IMG/VR virus record: IMGVR_UViG_3300031965_000064
Span: 1 to 43,284 of that record
Reading direction: 5' to 3' (one strand)
Source of the DNA: a virus
Lineage: Duplodnaviria > Caudoviricetes
Length of the DNA: 43,284 nt
Made by a program: the position numbers and the translations under genes. This document shows positions 32,732 through 42,179 of the stretch, piece after piece (the first letter of the stretch is position 1; every line of letters begins with the position of its first letter). Below the pieces are notes generated by a model. The model saw only the letters and a program-made list of their open reading frames with translations, was not told the DNA's origin and did no database searches.

Positions 32732-33670
32732 ATGCTGAAGTTCAAGCGCAAGGTCCTGCTGTTCAAGCTGGAGGGCACCTATGGCACCGACTCAGTGCCG
32801 GTCGCCGGCACCGACGGGCTGCTGGTGCGCAATCTGAGCGTCGCCCCTCTCAAACTCTCCTACGACGAACGCGGCGAGCTGGTGCGGCCGTTCTACGCGA
32901 ACGAAGGCAAGGTCGTCTCCGGACAGTGGAGCGAGATGAGCTTCGAGATCGAGATGGCGGGAGCGGGCGGCGCGGTGGACGCGGTCGCCAAGTACGCCCC
33001 GGTGCTGCGCGCCTGCACCTTCGCGCAGACGGTCAACGCCGCCGTCAGCGTGCAATACGACCCGGTGTCTGCGGGCGAGGAGTCGGCCTCGAGCTACTTC
33101 CAGGTCGACGGGCGGCAGCACAAGATGTTGGGGCTCCGCGGCTCGAAGTTCGGGATGATGATCGAGGCCGGCAAGATCCCGGTGTACCAGTTCAGCTTCA
33201 TCGGGCTCCACGTGCAGCCGACCGACACCGCGCTCACGCCCGCCACGCTGACCGGCTTCACGAAACCCGTCGCGGTCAACAACGCGAACACCACGCCTTT
33301 CACGCTGCACGGCTTCGCCGGCAAGTTCCGCTCGTTCAGCTTCGACATGGCGCTCGCCGCGGCTTACCGCAACGGCCCAAACCACGAGAACGTGGTGACG
33401 ACCGGGAGGAAGCCCACCGGCAAGATCACGCTCGAGTCCGAGCTGGTGGCGACGAAGGACTGGTACACCATCATCAAGGCCGGCACCACCGGCGCGCTCG
33501 CCATCACCCACGGCACCGTCGCCGGCAACAAGGTGAAGATCGACGCGCCGAACGTGCAGATCACGGAACCGGAGGACGCCGACGACGGCGGCATCCTGAT
33601 GCTCTCTGCTTCGCTCGATTTCATCCCGGGTGCGACCGGCAACGACGAGATTCGCATCACGACGCTCTAG
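32732..33670 (+). CDS. Major tail tube protein
   Basis: K.E.TYGTD..., 312 aa, ends GNDEIRIT. Precedes the chaperones and tape measure. No sheath gene. Confidence 0.85.
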   Translation: MLKFKRKVLLFKLEGTYGTDSVPVAGTDGLLVRNLSVAPLKLSYDERGELVRPFYANEGKVVSGQWSEMSFEIEMAGAGGAVDAVAKYAPVLRACTFAQTVNAAVSVQYDPVSAGEESASSYFQVDGRQHKMLGLRGSKFGMMIEAGKIPVYQFSFIGLHVQPTDTALTPATLTGFTKPVAVNNANTTPFTLHGFAGKFRSFSFDMALAAAYRNGPNHENVVTTGRKPTGKITLESELVATKDWYTIIKAGTTGALAITHGTVAGNKVKIDAPNVQITEPEDADDGGILMLSASLDFIPGATGNDEIRITTL

Positions 33671-33768
33671 TCACACCGCATCGAACCCCGCGGGCGGCAT
33701 TCCCCAGGCCCGGCCGCCCGCGGAGAGGCACCTACAAGAACAGCAAAGCCAAGGGTCGGGGGCTTCGC

Positions 33769-33804
33769 GATGGGCAAGCCTTAGACGCTGGCCCATCTTT
33801 TTTT
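33769..33804 (+). terminator. Intrinsic terminator/attenuator after tail tube gene
   Basis: GATGGGC...GCCCATC followed by T7. Confidence 0.7.
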
Positions 33805-33819
33805 GAAAGGCTTTAAGGC

Positions 33820-34164
33820 ATGTTCAAGGTAGCTAAAAACCGCATCGTGAAGGACTGGCCGGTGGTGATCTCGGTGCCGCAGGACGGCGGGCGCGTAATG
33901 AAGTATGAGGCGAAGGTCGATTTCGAGATCATCACGCAACCGGAGCACGACGCGATCAGTACGCGCGGCGGGCAAGACGTCGACCTGTTGAACCGCGTGG
34001 TGGTCGGCTGGCCGGAAGGACAGTTCCAGCAGGAGGATGAAACGCCGCTGCTCTTTAACGAGGAGAGCAAGGCGCAGCTGTTCGCGATTTCCTACGTGCG
34101 CCTGGCGTTCGCCACCGCGTACGTTCTGCTCTCCACCGGACGTGAGGGCCAGCGAAAAAACTAG
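33820..34164 (+). CDS. Tail assembly chaperone (lambda G analogue)
   Basis: Position. Ends RKN* on the slippery A AAA AAC. Confidence 0.85.
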   Translation: MFKVAKNRIVKDWPVVISVPQDGGRVMKYEAKVDFEIITQPEHDAISTRGGQDVDLLNRVVVGWPEGQFQQEDETPLLFNEESKAQLFAISYVRLAFATAYVLLSTGREGQRKN

Positions 34165-34538
34165 CCGAGGCCGCGCGGTGGTGGGCTGGGTCCGGCAAGC
34201 GCGGCGGCAAGGACGAGGTCGAGGAGGACCTGCGGTTCTACGGGGCGAACGAGGACACGATCGAGGAAGTGCTGGGTGATGACGACAATGAGGATGATGA
34301 CTTCGAGGTGTGGCCGGAGAACTGGCGGGCGCTGCAGGTGTTCCTCAACTGCGCGCGCTCGTGGGACATCCTCGCGTTTCCCGGCGGCGCCTGGTATCAC
34401 GGCATCCGGCCGGAGAGCATGGAATCCGTCATGCGCATGAGCGGCGTCCCGCGCAAGGACCGCGAATTGCTCCTCGCGGACCTCCAGGTGATGGAAGCGG
34501 CCGCGCTGCCGATTCTCAACGAGAGGCGCGATGGCTGA
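34155..34538 (+). CDS. -1 frameshift extension of tail chaperone (lambda T analogue, DUF1799-like)
   Basis: The -1 frame is open from the slip site: LAEAARWWAG...FEVWPENWRALQVF...LQVMEAAAL. Confidence 0.8.
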   Translation, partial: KKLAEAARWWAGSGKRGGKDEVEEDLRFYGANEDTIEEVLGDDDNEDDDFEVWPENWRALQVFLNCARSWDILAFPGGAWYHGIRPESMESVMRMSGVPRKDRELLLADLQVMEAAALPILNERRDG

Positions 34539-36657
34539 TCTGCAACTCGCGATCCGCTTGACCGCCGACGGCAAGGGCCTGGTCGGAGAGGTGCGCGTCT
34601 CGCGCGAGGAGCTGGAGAAGCTCAAGAAGACGACGGAGGACGGCGCCGGAGCCTCCAAGCAGGCCGCCGAGGCCGGCGGGCGTCACGGCGCCGCGTTGGA
34701 GACCATGCAGCGCAGCGCGCGCGCGGCCGTGCTGACGATCGGTGCGCTCACCACCGCGATCGCGCTCCAGACCAAGCGCTGGATCGATGACGCCGCGAGC
34801 ATGGAGCGCTGGCACCAGGTCACCGGCAAATCGGTGGAGAGCCTCGCCGCGCTGAAGTACGTCGCCGAGCAGACCAGCGTCAGCTTCGACATGCTGATGG
34901 CCACCTATCAGCGGCTGCCGAAGTCGATCGTCGAGGGGCTGGGCGAGGGCAGCGAGGCCGGCCGCGCCTTCAAGGCGCTCATGATCGACCCGCGGCAGTT
35001 GAAGGCCAACGACGAAGGCATGATGCTGATCATCGAGCGCCTGCGCCAGGTGGAGGACCGGGGCACGCGCGCCGCCATCGCGCAGATGATCTTCAAGCAG
35101 CGCGGCGAGGACCTCCTGCTGTGGGTGAACCAGGGCGCCGAGGGCATTCGCCGCCTGACGCAGGAGGGCGAGCGCTGGGCGACCGTCACCGGGGAAGATG
35201 CGAAGCGCGCGGACGACCTCAAGAACAAGATTAACACCCTCACCTACGCCACCGACGCGCTGGCGAAGTCCGTCGCGGATGACGTCATTCCCCAGCTCAA
35301 CACGATGATCGAGCGGATGCTGGAGGGTGCGCGGGCGGGCGGCGGGCTGCGCGGCGCGATCGCGGGCTTCCTCACCGGCAGCGATCTCGATAAGTGGAAC
35401 GCGGACTTCTTCCGGGCGGTGGAGCGCCTGGGCGCAGCACAGACGAACGTCGAGCGGCTGCAGGCGAGCGGCGGCTGGATGCGTCAGGGACTCAAGCGCG
35501 CGCAGGACGAACTCAATGCCGCACAGGCGGAAGTCGCGCGCTTGCAGGCGATCAAGCCGATCATGTTCCCCGAGACCCCGCCGGCCGGCGCCGCGCCGGG
35601 CGCGGCGGGCGGCGGCGCGATCAGGCAACCCAGACTTGCCGATCTCGAGCCGCCGGACACGTCCGGCATGGGCCTCATCCGCTCATTGAAAGACGAGCTC
35701 GCCGGCTTTGATCTGCAGGCGACGACGGTGGACCGCGTCATGCGCCAGTTGACCGACGGCACGCAAAATTACACGCAGGCAAATCGGGACGCCGCGCTCG
35801 CCATCGCCGCCGAGATCGATTTGCGCAAGCAGCAGAAGATCGAGCTCGACGCGTACCTCGAGTCCGCGCGGATGGAGGCCGAGCTCCAGCAGGAAGTTGC
35901 CGACGTTCAGGCCCGCCAGCAGGACAAGCTGAACGCCGCCGTCGAGGCGATCAAGCAGCAAAACATGACCGAGAACGAGCTCATCCAGGTGCATCTCGAC
36001 GAGCAGCTCGCCATACTCAATCAGGCGCGCGCGATGGATCTGATCAACGAGCAGCAGTACGAGGAGCAGCGTTATCTGCTGAAGGTCCAGGCGCAGGCGA
36101 AGCTCGGAGACGTCGCGGCGCAGGGCGTGCTCGCCCGGCGCAGGTTCGAGGAATTGAACGAGCAGGGCAAGGTGCAGTTCGTGCTCGGGCAGATGTCGCA
36201 GATGCTGTCCGGCGTCGCGACATTTTCCAGGGCGCTATTCAATATTCACAAGGTCGCTGCACTCTCGGAGATGGCGATCAGTCTGCCGAAGGGTGTCGAG
36301 AAAACCTTCGACGCCTATCCCTGGCCGTGGAACATCATCCCAGCCGGGATTCACCTGTTGACCGGATTGGCTCGCATCGCCCAGGTCGCCGGGACCAGCT
36401 TCGGCGGAGCGAGTTCCCCGTCAACCGTCGGAGGTGGCGGCGCGGTCCCGGTGTTTCCGGCGCCCGGCTCTGAATCAGCGACCGCGCCGCCAAGCCTGCC
36501 GGTTGCTGCGGCGCCCCGCACGAAAGTCGATGTCATCGTGGAAGGCCCGCTCACGACGCCAGTCACGTATCAGCAGATCATCGACGAGATCGTTCCCGGG
36601 CTGCAGATGGCGTTCGACAATGGCGCGGACCTCACTTTGACGCTGCGGACGACGTGA
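34531..36657 (+). CDS. Tape measure protein
   Basis: 708 aa, helical and Ala/Leu/Glu-rich, after the chaperones. Confidence 0.88.
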   Translation: MADLQLAIRLTADGKGLVGEVRVSREELEKLKKTTEDGAGASKQAAEAGGRHGAALETMQRSARAAVLTIGALTTAIALQTKRWIDDAASMERWHQVTGKSVESLAALKYVAEQTSVSFDMLMATYQRLPKSIVEGLGEGSEAGRAFKALMIDPRQLKANDEGMMLIIERLRQVEDRGTRAAIAQMIFKQRGEDLLLWVNQGAEGIRRLTQEGERWATVTGEDAKRADDLKNKINTLTYATDALAKSVADDVIPQLNTMIERMLEGARAGGGLRGAIAGFLTGSDLDKWNADFFRAVERLGAAQTNVERLQASGGWMRQGLKRAQDELNAAQAEVARLQAIKPIMFPETPPAGAAPGAAGGGAIRQPRLADLEPPDTSGMGLIRSLKDELAGFDLQATTVDRVMRQLTDGTQNYTQANRDAALAIAAEIDLRKQQKIELDAYLESARMEAELQQEVADVQARQQDKLNAAVEAIKQQNMTENELIQVHLDEQLAILNQARAMDLINEQQYEEQRYLLKVQAQAKLGDVAAQGVLARRRFEELNEQGKVQFVLGQMSQMLSGVATFSRALFNIHKVAALSEMAISLPKGVEKTFDAYPWPWNIIPAGIHLLTGLARIAQVAGTSFGGASSPSTVGGGGAVPVFPAPGSESATAPPSLPVAAAPRTKVDVIVEGPLTTPVTYQQIIDEIVPGLQMAFDNGADLTLTLRTT

Positions 36658-36660
36658 GCG

Positions 36661-37398
36661 ATGGCGAAGCCAAAATTCCTCTTCGACAACCGCTTCGACG
36701 ACGCGACGCCGGTCGCGAGCACGACGGCGGCGGGGGATTTCAACGTGCTGAACTTGCGGGACTGGCGCCCCTTCACCTGGTGGAAGCCGACGGCGATCCC
36801 GGCGACGGTCACCGTCGATTCCGGCACCGCGAAGGCGCGCGATTACCTGCTGGTCTACGGCGAGGCGGGGACGTACGAAGCGCGCGGATCGACCGACAAC
36901 TTCAGCGCCAGCAACGTGCTGCTGGCGACGATCGTGCTGACTGCCACTGGCCTCGCGCTGGCGGTGTTCAATAGCGCGTCCTACCGCTACACCCGGCTGA
37001 CCATCCCGAGCGGGGCCGCGCCCGCGGTCGCGATCGCCGCGATTGGCGCGGCGCTCGAGGCGCCGGTGTTTTTCGACGGCTCGTTCAGCCCGATCGACCG
37101 CAAGGTCCACGGCCACACGAACCGCAACGAGAACGGCCACGCCTTAGGGCGCATCGTCGAATTCGAGTCGTGGGAGTCCGATATCCTGCTCAAAAACGTC
37201 TCCTGGTCGTGGGCGCGGGATACCTTCCTGCCGGCGTGGAAGGCGAACCTGCGCGGCTCGCCGTTCGGTTTCGTGTGGGACTCCGATCTCTATCCCGGCG
37301 ACGTGCGCCTGGTGGCGGCCGGCGAGAAGTTCGCCGCCCCGCATCGCGCGGGGTCGCTGTGCGATGTCGAGATCGATGTGGAAGGCGTCGCCCCATGA
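36661..37398 (+). CDS. Distal tail (Dit)-like protein
   Basis: Position after the tape measure gene. Beta-rich. Confidence 0.6.
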   Translation: MAKPKFLFDNRFDDATPVASTTAAGDFNVLNLRDWRPFTWWKPTAIPATVTVDSGTAKARDYLLVYGEAGTYEARGSTDNFSASNVLLATIVLTATGLALAVFNSASYRYTRLTIPSGAAPAVAIAAIGAALEAPVFFDGSFSPIDRKVHGHTNRNENGHALGRIVEFESWESDILLKNVSWSWARDTFLPAWKANLRGSPFGFVWDSDLYPGDVRLVAAGEKFAAPHRAGSLCDVEIDVEGVAP

Positions 37399-37401
37399 AC
37401 C

Positions 37402-37541
37402 CGTCTCAGATACTGCGTCTCAGATACTACGTCTCAGATAAAGCGTCCCAGGTACTGCGTCTCTGGTACTGCGCCTCATCTGGGACGCCTCATCTGGGAC
37501 GCCTCATCTGGGACGCCTTATCTGGGACGCCTCATCTGGGA
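37402..37541 (+). repeat. Ten 14-bp units: five CGTCTCAGATACTG-type then five CGCCTCATCTGGGA-type, mutually inverted
   Basis: Direct inspection. Core CGTCTCAGAT pairs with ATCTGGGACG (one G-U). Confidence 0.92.
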
Positions 37542-37548
37542 CGCAGTT

Positions 37549-40269
37549 ATGACAGCTAGAACCGACGCCCAGGCGAAGCTCGAGCGCATCCCGGTCACGG
37601 TCGCCGAGATGGATCTCGACTATTGTCAGAACATCTATGGCGTCTCGCCCTGCACCGCGGGGAGGAAGGACAGCGGCACCGCGCAGGCGGGCGCGGCGTC
37701 GACGCTGACATTGCGGGCCGCGGCGAGCGCAGTGGATGATGCTTATACAAACATGATGTTGCGCCTGACCGGCGGGACGGGGGCCGCTCAAGAACGCGAG
37801 ATACTCGATTACGTAGGATCAACGCGGGTCGCTACCGTATCTCCGGCGTGGCGCGTGAATCGATGTTTGCAAAGCGAAGCTCTCAACACCGGTGCTTCGT
37901 GGACACCTGTAAACGTGACAGTATCGGCCGATGCAGCCATCGCGCCGGACGGGACAACATCAGCCGAGAAATTAGTCGAGACGGGTGCGGCGGGAGAACA
38001 CAAGGTCTATCAACACCCAATCAGCGTCGGAACGGTATCGACGAAATGGTCGGTTTACGCCAAAGCAGCGGAACGGCAATGGGTGATCGTGAACGTGGCC
38101 GACACGGTTGATCGTTTTTGCTGGTTCAATGTGGCGACCGGCACGATCGGAACACTGGCAGCCGGGGCGACGGCCCAGATTGAAAAGTTATTGGATGGGT
38201 GGTATCGGCTCACGGTGACGCGGACGCCGGGAGTTAGCGATGTTTATATGCAGTGCCAGCTCGCGGATGCGGACGCATCATTCAGTTACACCGGAGACTC
38301 ATCGAAGGGCGCTTACTTTTGGGGTGCGCATGTCAGGCGCGCGGATGAGCCTGACGATTACATCAAGACGACATCCGTCGCAGTCATCCCGCCCGATGTC
38401 ACCAGCACCTACGACGTGATCGACCGGCCGAACGGCTGCTACAACGTGTTCCTCGGCGAGAGCCCGTGCCAGGACCAGCCCAACTACGTCAAGGGCATCA
38501 AAACGATCAAGCTCTGCGATCGCGGCATGCCGATCCCCGCCGGCGAGCAGATCCGGCCCTACCTCGAAAAGGCGAGCCCCACGGCGACGGTGATCGACGC
38601 GGCCAAGGGGCTCGCGATGCGCTCGCAGACGAGCTACACGTTCACCGACGAGCCCGCCCGTGACGATCTCGACAAGTACATCGAGGACCGCCTGGCGCCG
38701 GCGGGGGGCACCTTCTGGACGCGGCTGATCGCCCGCAACCCGAACGCGGTCGGGCGCTTCTTCCGCGCGCGCAGGGGCTACGTGGTGAGCCCCTGGGACT
38801 GGAACACGTTCCAGACCGAGCTCTACGTGATCGACGCGATCCGCGGGCCGGACGCGAGCTGGAAGATCACCGTGGTGACTTCCGACGCGATCAAGCTCCT
38901 CGACCGCAACAAGGTGCCGAAGGTGACCGACGGTAAGCTCGCCGTGGCGCTCCCGGCGACGAGCTTTTCCGGGGTGGCGGCGAGTGGGAGCGCCACGACG
39001 ATCGTGCTGCCGCAGAGCGCCTCGCCGGTGGACGACTTCCACAACGGCGAGGAGGTGTTCATCCTCCAGAACACCGGCGCCGGGCAGCGGCGCGTGATCA
39101 GCGACTACGTCGGCGCGACGCGCACGGCGACGGTCGCCGCCTGGTCCGTCGTTCCCGACTCGACCAGCGTGGTGGAAGTCGCACCGCTGAAACTCACACT
39201 CGCGACCGGCAAAGGCGCGCAATACACGGACCCCGCCACCAGCGGGAAACAAGAGTTCTTCCGCATCGGCGACGAGGAGATCCGCTATACAGCAAAGGCC
39301 GGCGACGTGCTGTCGTGGACCGACAGCACCTACCGCGCCCAGCACGGCACGGCGCGCGAGGACCACAAGGTGAACGACGTCGTGGTGCTGCGCCGCGCCT
39401 GGATCGACAAGCCGGCGAAGGAGGTCATCGAGGACATCATCAACGAGGCCGGGCTCGCGGATGCCTACATCGACCTGGCGGGCCTCGCGACGGAGGACAC
39501 GAACTGGCTCTCCGGCGCGCGGATCACGGCTTCCTTCGATCCCGAGCAGGCGAGCACGCTGCTGGCTGAATTGCTGCGCGATCTGCTGATGATGAGCTGG
39601 TGGAACCCGGTCGAGCAGAAGGTCAAGTTCAAGGTGGACATGCCCGAGCTGCTCGCTTCCGTCACCCTGATCGACACCAACAAGCTGATGCTCGACAAGA
39701 CCGGGACCGCGCGCCTGGACACCGAGCGCATCACGCAGTCATGGATCGACTTCAACCTGCGCTCGGCCACCGCCGACGAGAAAAAGCGCCAGAGCTATCA
39801 GAACATCCGCGGCATCATCGACGCGGTGGCGGAGTCCGCGAACGGCTACGGCGACGTGCGCCCGAGCCTGCCGCGCTCGCGCTGGTTCACCGGAGCGAAC
39901 GAGATCCTCGCCGCGAGCAACGCGGCCCGCCGGCTCGCGCGGCTGCGCGATGCGCCCTCGAAAATAAACTTCCACCTCGATCCCCTTCACGAGGTGGCGC
40001 TGGGGCAACTCGTCGACGTGAGGACGCCGAGGCTGACGGACGCGGCGGGCAACGCGAAGACCGTGCGCTGCCGGGTGGTGAAGTTGACCGACCTCGGGGG
40101 GCACCTCGAGGCCGAGGCGCAGACCACCATCTTCGCGCGGCGCTACGCCTTTATCTGCCCGAACGGCTACCCGAACTACCCGAGCGCGACGGCCGATCAG
40201 CGGCAGCGGGCGTTTATCAGCAACGGCGCGACGATGTCCGATGGCACATCGGCATATCTCATTTCATAG
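37549..40269 (+). CDS. Tail tip/hub protein with inserted accessory domains
   Basis: 906 aa after Dit. Two G.GA.Q.R.I.DYVG.TR.ATV..W modules, one split by a ~177-aa beta-sandwich insert. Confidence 0.75.
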   Translation: MTARTDAQAKLERIPVTVAEMDLDYCQNIYGVSPCTAGRKDSGTAQAGAASTLTLRAAASAVDDAYTNMMLRLTGGTGAAQEREILDYVGSTRVATVSPAWRVNRCLQSEALNTGASWTPVNVTVSADAAIAPDGTTSAEKLVETGAAGEHKVYQHPISVGTVSTKWSVYAKAAERQWVIVNVADTVDRFCWFNVATGTIGTLAAGATAQIEKLLDGWYRLTVTRTPGVSDVYMQCQLADADASFSYTGDSSKGAYFWGAHVRRADEPDDYIKTTSVAVIPPDVTSTYDVIDRPNGCYNVFLGESPCQDQPNYVKGIKTIKLCDRGMPIPAGEQIRPYLEKASPTATVIDAAKGLAMRSQTSYTFTDEPARDDLDKYIEDRLAPAGGTFWTRLIARNPNAVGRFFRARRGYVVSPWDWNTFQTELYVIDAIRGPDASWKITVVTSDAIKLLDRNKVPKVTDGKLAVALPATSFSGVAASGSATTIVLPQSASPVDDFHNGEEVFILQNTGAGQRRVISDYVGATRTATVAAWSVVPDSTSVVEVAPLKLTLATGKGAQYTDPATSGKQEFFRIGDEEIRYTAKAGDVLSWTDSTYRAQHGTAREDHKVNDVVVLRRAWIDKPAKEVIEDIINEAGLADAYIDLAGLATEDTNWLSGARITASFDPEQASTLLAELLRDLLMMSWWNPVEQKVKFKVDMPELLASVTLIDTNKLMLDKTGTARLDTERITQSWIDFNLRSATADEKKRQSYQNIRGIIDAVAESANGYGDVRPSLPRSRWFTGANEILAASNAARRLARLRDAPSKINFHLDPLHEVALGQLVDVRTPRLTDAAGNAKTVRCRVVKLTDLGGHLEAEAQTTIFARRYAFICPNGYPNYPSATADQRQRAFISNGATMSDGTSAYLIS

Positions 40270-40276
40270 GAGTGCC

Positions 40277-40534
40277 ATGAGCGAGGCTGTCAAGCAGGCG
40301 CTGGACCAGGTGGATCACGAAATCGATATCCCCGAGGCCGTGCTCGTGCGTTGCCCGCTGGTGGAGTTCAAGCTGCGCTCGATCGCGCGGCACTGCCCGA
40401 CGTGCCCGCATTTCAAGGGGCTGTCGGACCGTTTCCCGGGCTCCACGCAGCACAGCTTCGTGCAACGTTATCTGCTGCGCTGTCAGGGCGCGGTTGCCAA
40501 TCGGGAAGTGTTTGAGGTCGATAAGGAGGGCTAG
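40277..40534 (+). CDS. Small Cys-rich tail-region protein
   Basis: RBS AGGAG. CP...CPTCPHF..C. Confidence 0.65.
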   Translation: MSEAVKQALDQVDHEIDIPEAVLVRCPLVEFKLRSIARHCPTCPHFKGLSDRFPGSTQHSFVQRYLLRCQGAVANREVFEVDKEG

Positions 40535-40536
40535 CC

Positions 40537-42018
40537 GTGGCGGCGATCTCCAAAGCATGGGTCACGCAGGCCGACGCAGCGGTTGATCCCGACTCGCCGG
40601 TCGACGCGACCCTGATGACGGGGTTCAGGGACAACCTGATCCACCTGCGCGAGTGGCTCGGCAACGCCTTCACCGCCGGCGCCGTCCAGGACCATAATCA
40701 TGACGGGGCCAATTCCGCGCTGGTGCCGGTCGGTCCGAACCTGCTGCGCAATGGCAGCTTCGAGGATGGCGAGAGTGGCTGGACCTTCACCGATTTCACC
40801 GGCGGCTCGCACGCGATCTCGACCAGCAACCACCGCCACGGCGCGAAGTCGGCCACCATCACCTCGACCGTGCTCGCGAACGGCGGAGGCGACGCCCTCA
40901 ACAACGAATATATGCTGTTTGGGGAGGTCGACAACCTCGCGCTGAAATTCTGGATATGGGCATCGGTTGCCAACGTGTCAAGCAAGCTGGAGGTGACATG
41001 GTATGACAACGCGAAGGCGTCGATTTCGACGACGGTGGTGCAGAACTATACCAACACGCCGACGACGCCGACGCATCACAAGACCAATGTAGCAGCTCCG
41101 ACGAATACGCGATTTTTCAAAATCAGAATCACGGGGGGGGTGCCTTCATCTGGCTCCAGCACCGGCACCATCACCTTCGACGGCATCGAGGCCTTCGGGG
41201 CGATCGTGTCGGGGCTGATAAAGACCACGTTCGGGGACAACGTCACAAGCTTGGTGGCGATACAATTGCAGACGTTGGCCGGTGGGACGTTTGGCTTTTA
41301 CCCGCAACTTTTCGGCAGCACCGCGGGGGAGACGAGCCGGTGGGGTGAGGGTAGCGGCGGGGTTTCAAGCGCGGCGGAGCACCTTGGCACGACGCCAACG
41401 ACAAGGATCAAATTCTCCGCAGCGAGCGGCGGCGGCACTGCGGCCTTCGTGCGCCAATATTACATTCAAGCATCGCCGCCCTATAACCTGGGGGACGGCG
41501 ACGTGCCGCTGTTCGTGTTCGCGGTGGTCGACGGGCTGGGCAACGTGGAGTCAAGCTACGTGGCGCCGGAGCCGCCTTGGGCCAACAACGGGCCGACCAA
41601 CATACGCCCGGAGTTCTTTGATGCACGAGGCCGCGGGTTCCGTCGCCGGCGAGCGCTGCGATTCACCTGGCAGGAAGTCAAAGATGATCCGGCGAAACGC
41701 GACCAGTTTCTCAGCCAATTTGATGCCGATGCGACGGACGCCTATGAAATCACGCAGGCGGTGAAGCATGCGGACATGCCACTGATCCCTCACCCATTCC
41801 AGGGCAACGACCTGACCGGCAAGACCATCGTGCTCCTCGATCCAGTGTCCTCAATGTGCGAGCGCCTTTTGCGCATGCATGAGGAGTTCGGCAGCGCCAC
41901 CGAGTCGATCGGGAACCTGCTCCACGGCGGCTACTTGCGCGTGGGCAACACCCCCCTTAACCGCACCGGCCCGCCAGGCGTGATGCCTGTCGCAGCGAGC
42001 TGGAAATTGACCGCCTAA
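40537..42018 (+). CDS. Tail fibre / receptor-binding protein with carbohydrate-binding-like module
   Basis: RBS AAGGAGG. NLLRNGSFE...GW...FDGIE CBM-like domain. Last structural gene. Confidence 0.75.
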   Translation: MAAISKAWVTQADAAVDPDSPVDATLMTGFRDNLIHLREWLGNAFTAGAVQDHNHDGANSALVPVGPNLLRNGSFEDGESGWTFTDFTGGSHAISTSNHRHGAKSATITSTVLANGGGDALNNEYMLFGEVDNLALKFWIWASVANVSSKLEVTWYDNAKASISTTVVQNYTNTPTTPTHHKTNVAAPTNTRFFKIRITGGVPSSGSSTGTITFDGIEAFGAIVSGLIKTTFGDNVTSLVAIQLQTLAGGTFGFYPQLFGSTAGETSRWGEGSGGVSSAAEHLGTTPTTRIKFSAASGGGTAAFVRQYYIQASPPYNLGDGDVPLFVFAVVDGLGNVESSYVAPEPPWANNGPTNIRPEFFDARGRGFRRRRALRFTWQEVKDDPAKRDQFLSQFDADATDAYEITQAVKHADMPLIPHPFQGNDLTGKTIVLLDPVSSMCERLLRMHEEFGSATESIGNLLHGGYLRVGNTPLNRTGPPGVMPVAASWKLTA

Positions 42019-42042
42019 AAGGAGATCTGACGACAATCTAAC

Positions 42043-42179
42043 GAGGGCGGCCTTAAGGTGTTGTCGCACCCGCCAGCCACCTCAGCCCACTGAAGTACCA
42101 GTGAGCCTCAGCCAAGGCCCCCGGCCACGTACGTGACACCGGAGCCTAGCACGAACAACAACGAGGAAAGGCTCACAAT
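42043..42179 (+). ncRNA. Putative structured cis-regulatory leader of the methylase
   Basis: Hairpins at 42057-42070, 42088-42103 and 42121-42142. GTGAGCCT (42101-42108) is complementary to AGGCTCAC (42169-42176) beside the start codon. Confidence 0.5.

Noticed and set aside
37402-37541. CRISPR array
   Set aside because: Units are contiguous 14-mers with no unique spacers, and there are no cas genes.
42126-42152. Third Mor-dependent late promoter (CACGTACGTG ... TAGCAC)
   Set aside because: The palindrome differs from AACACGTGTT and the spacing to the -10-like hexamer is much shorter than in the two matched promoters.
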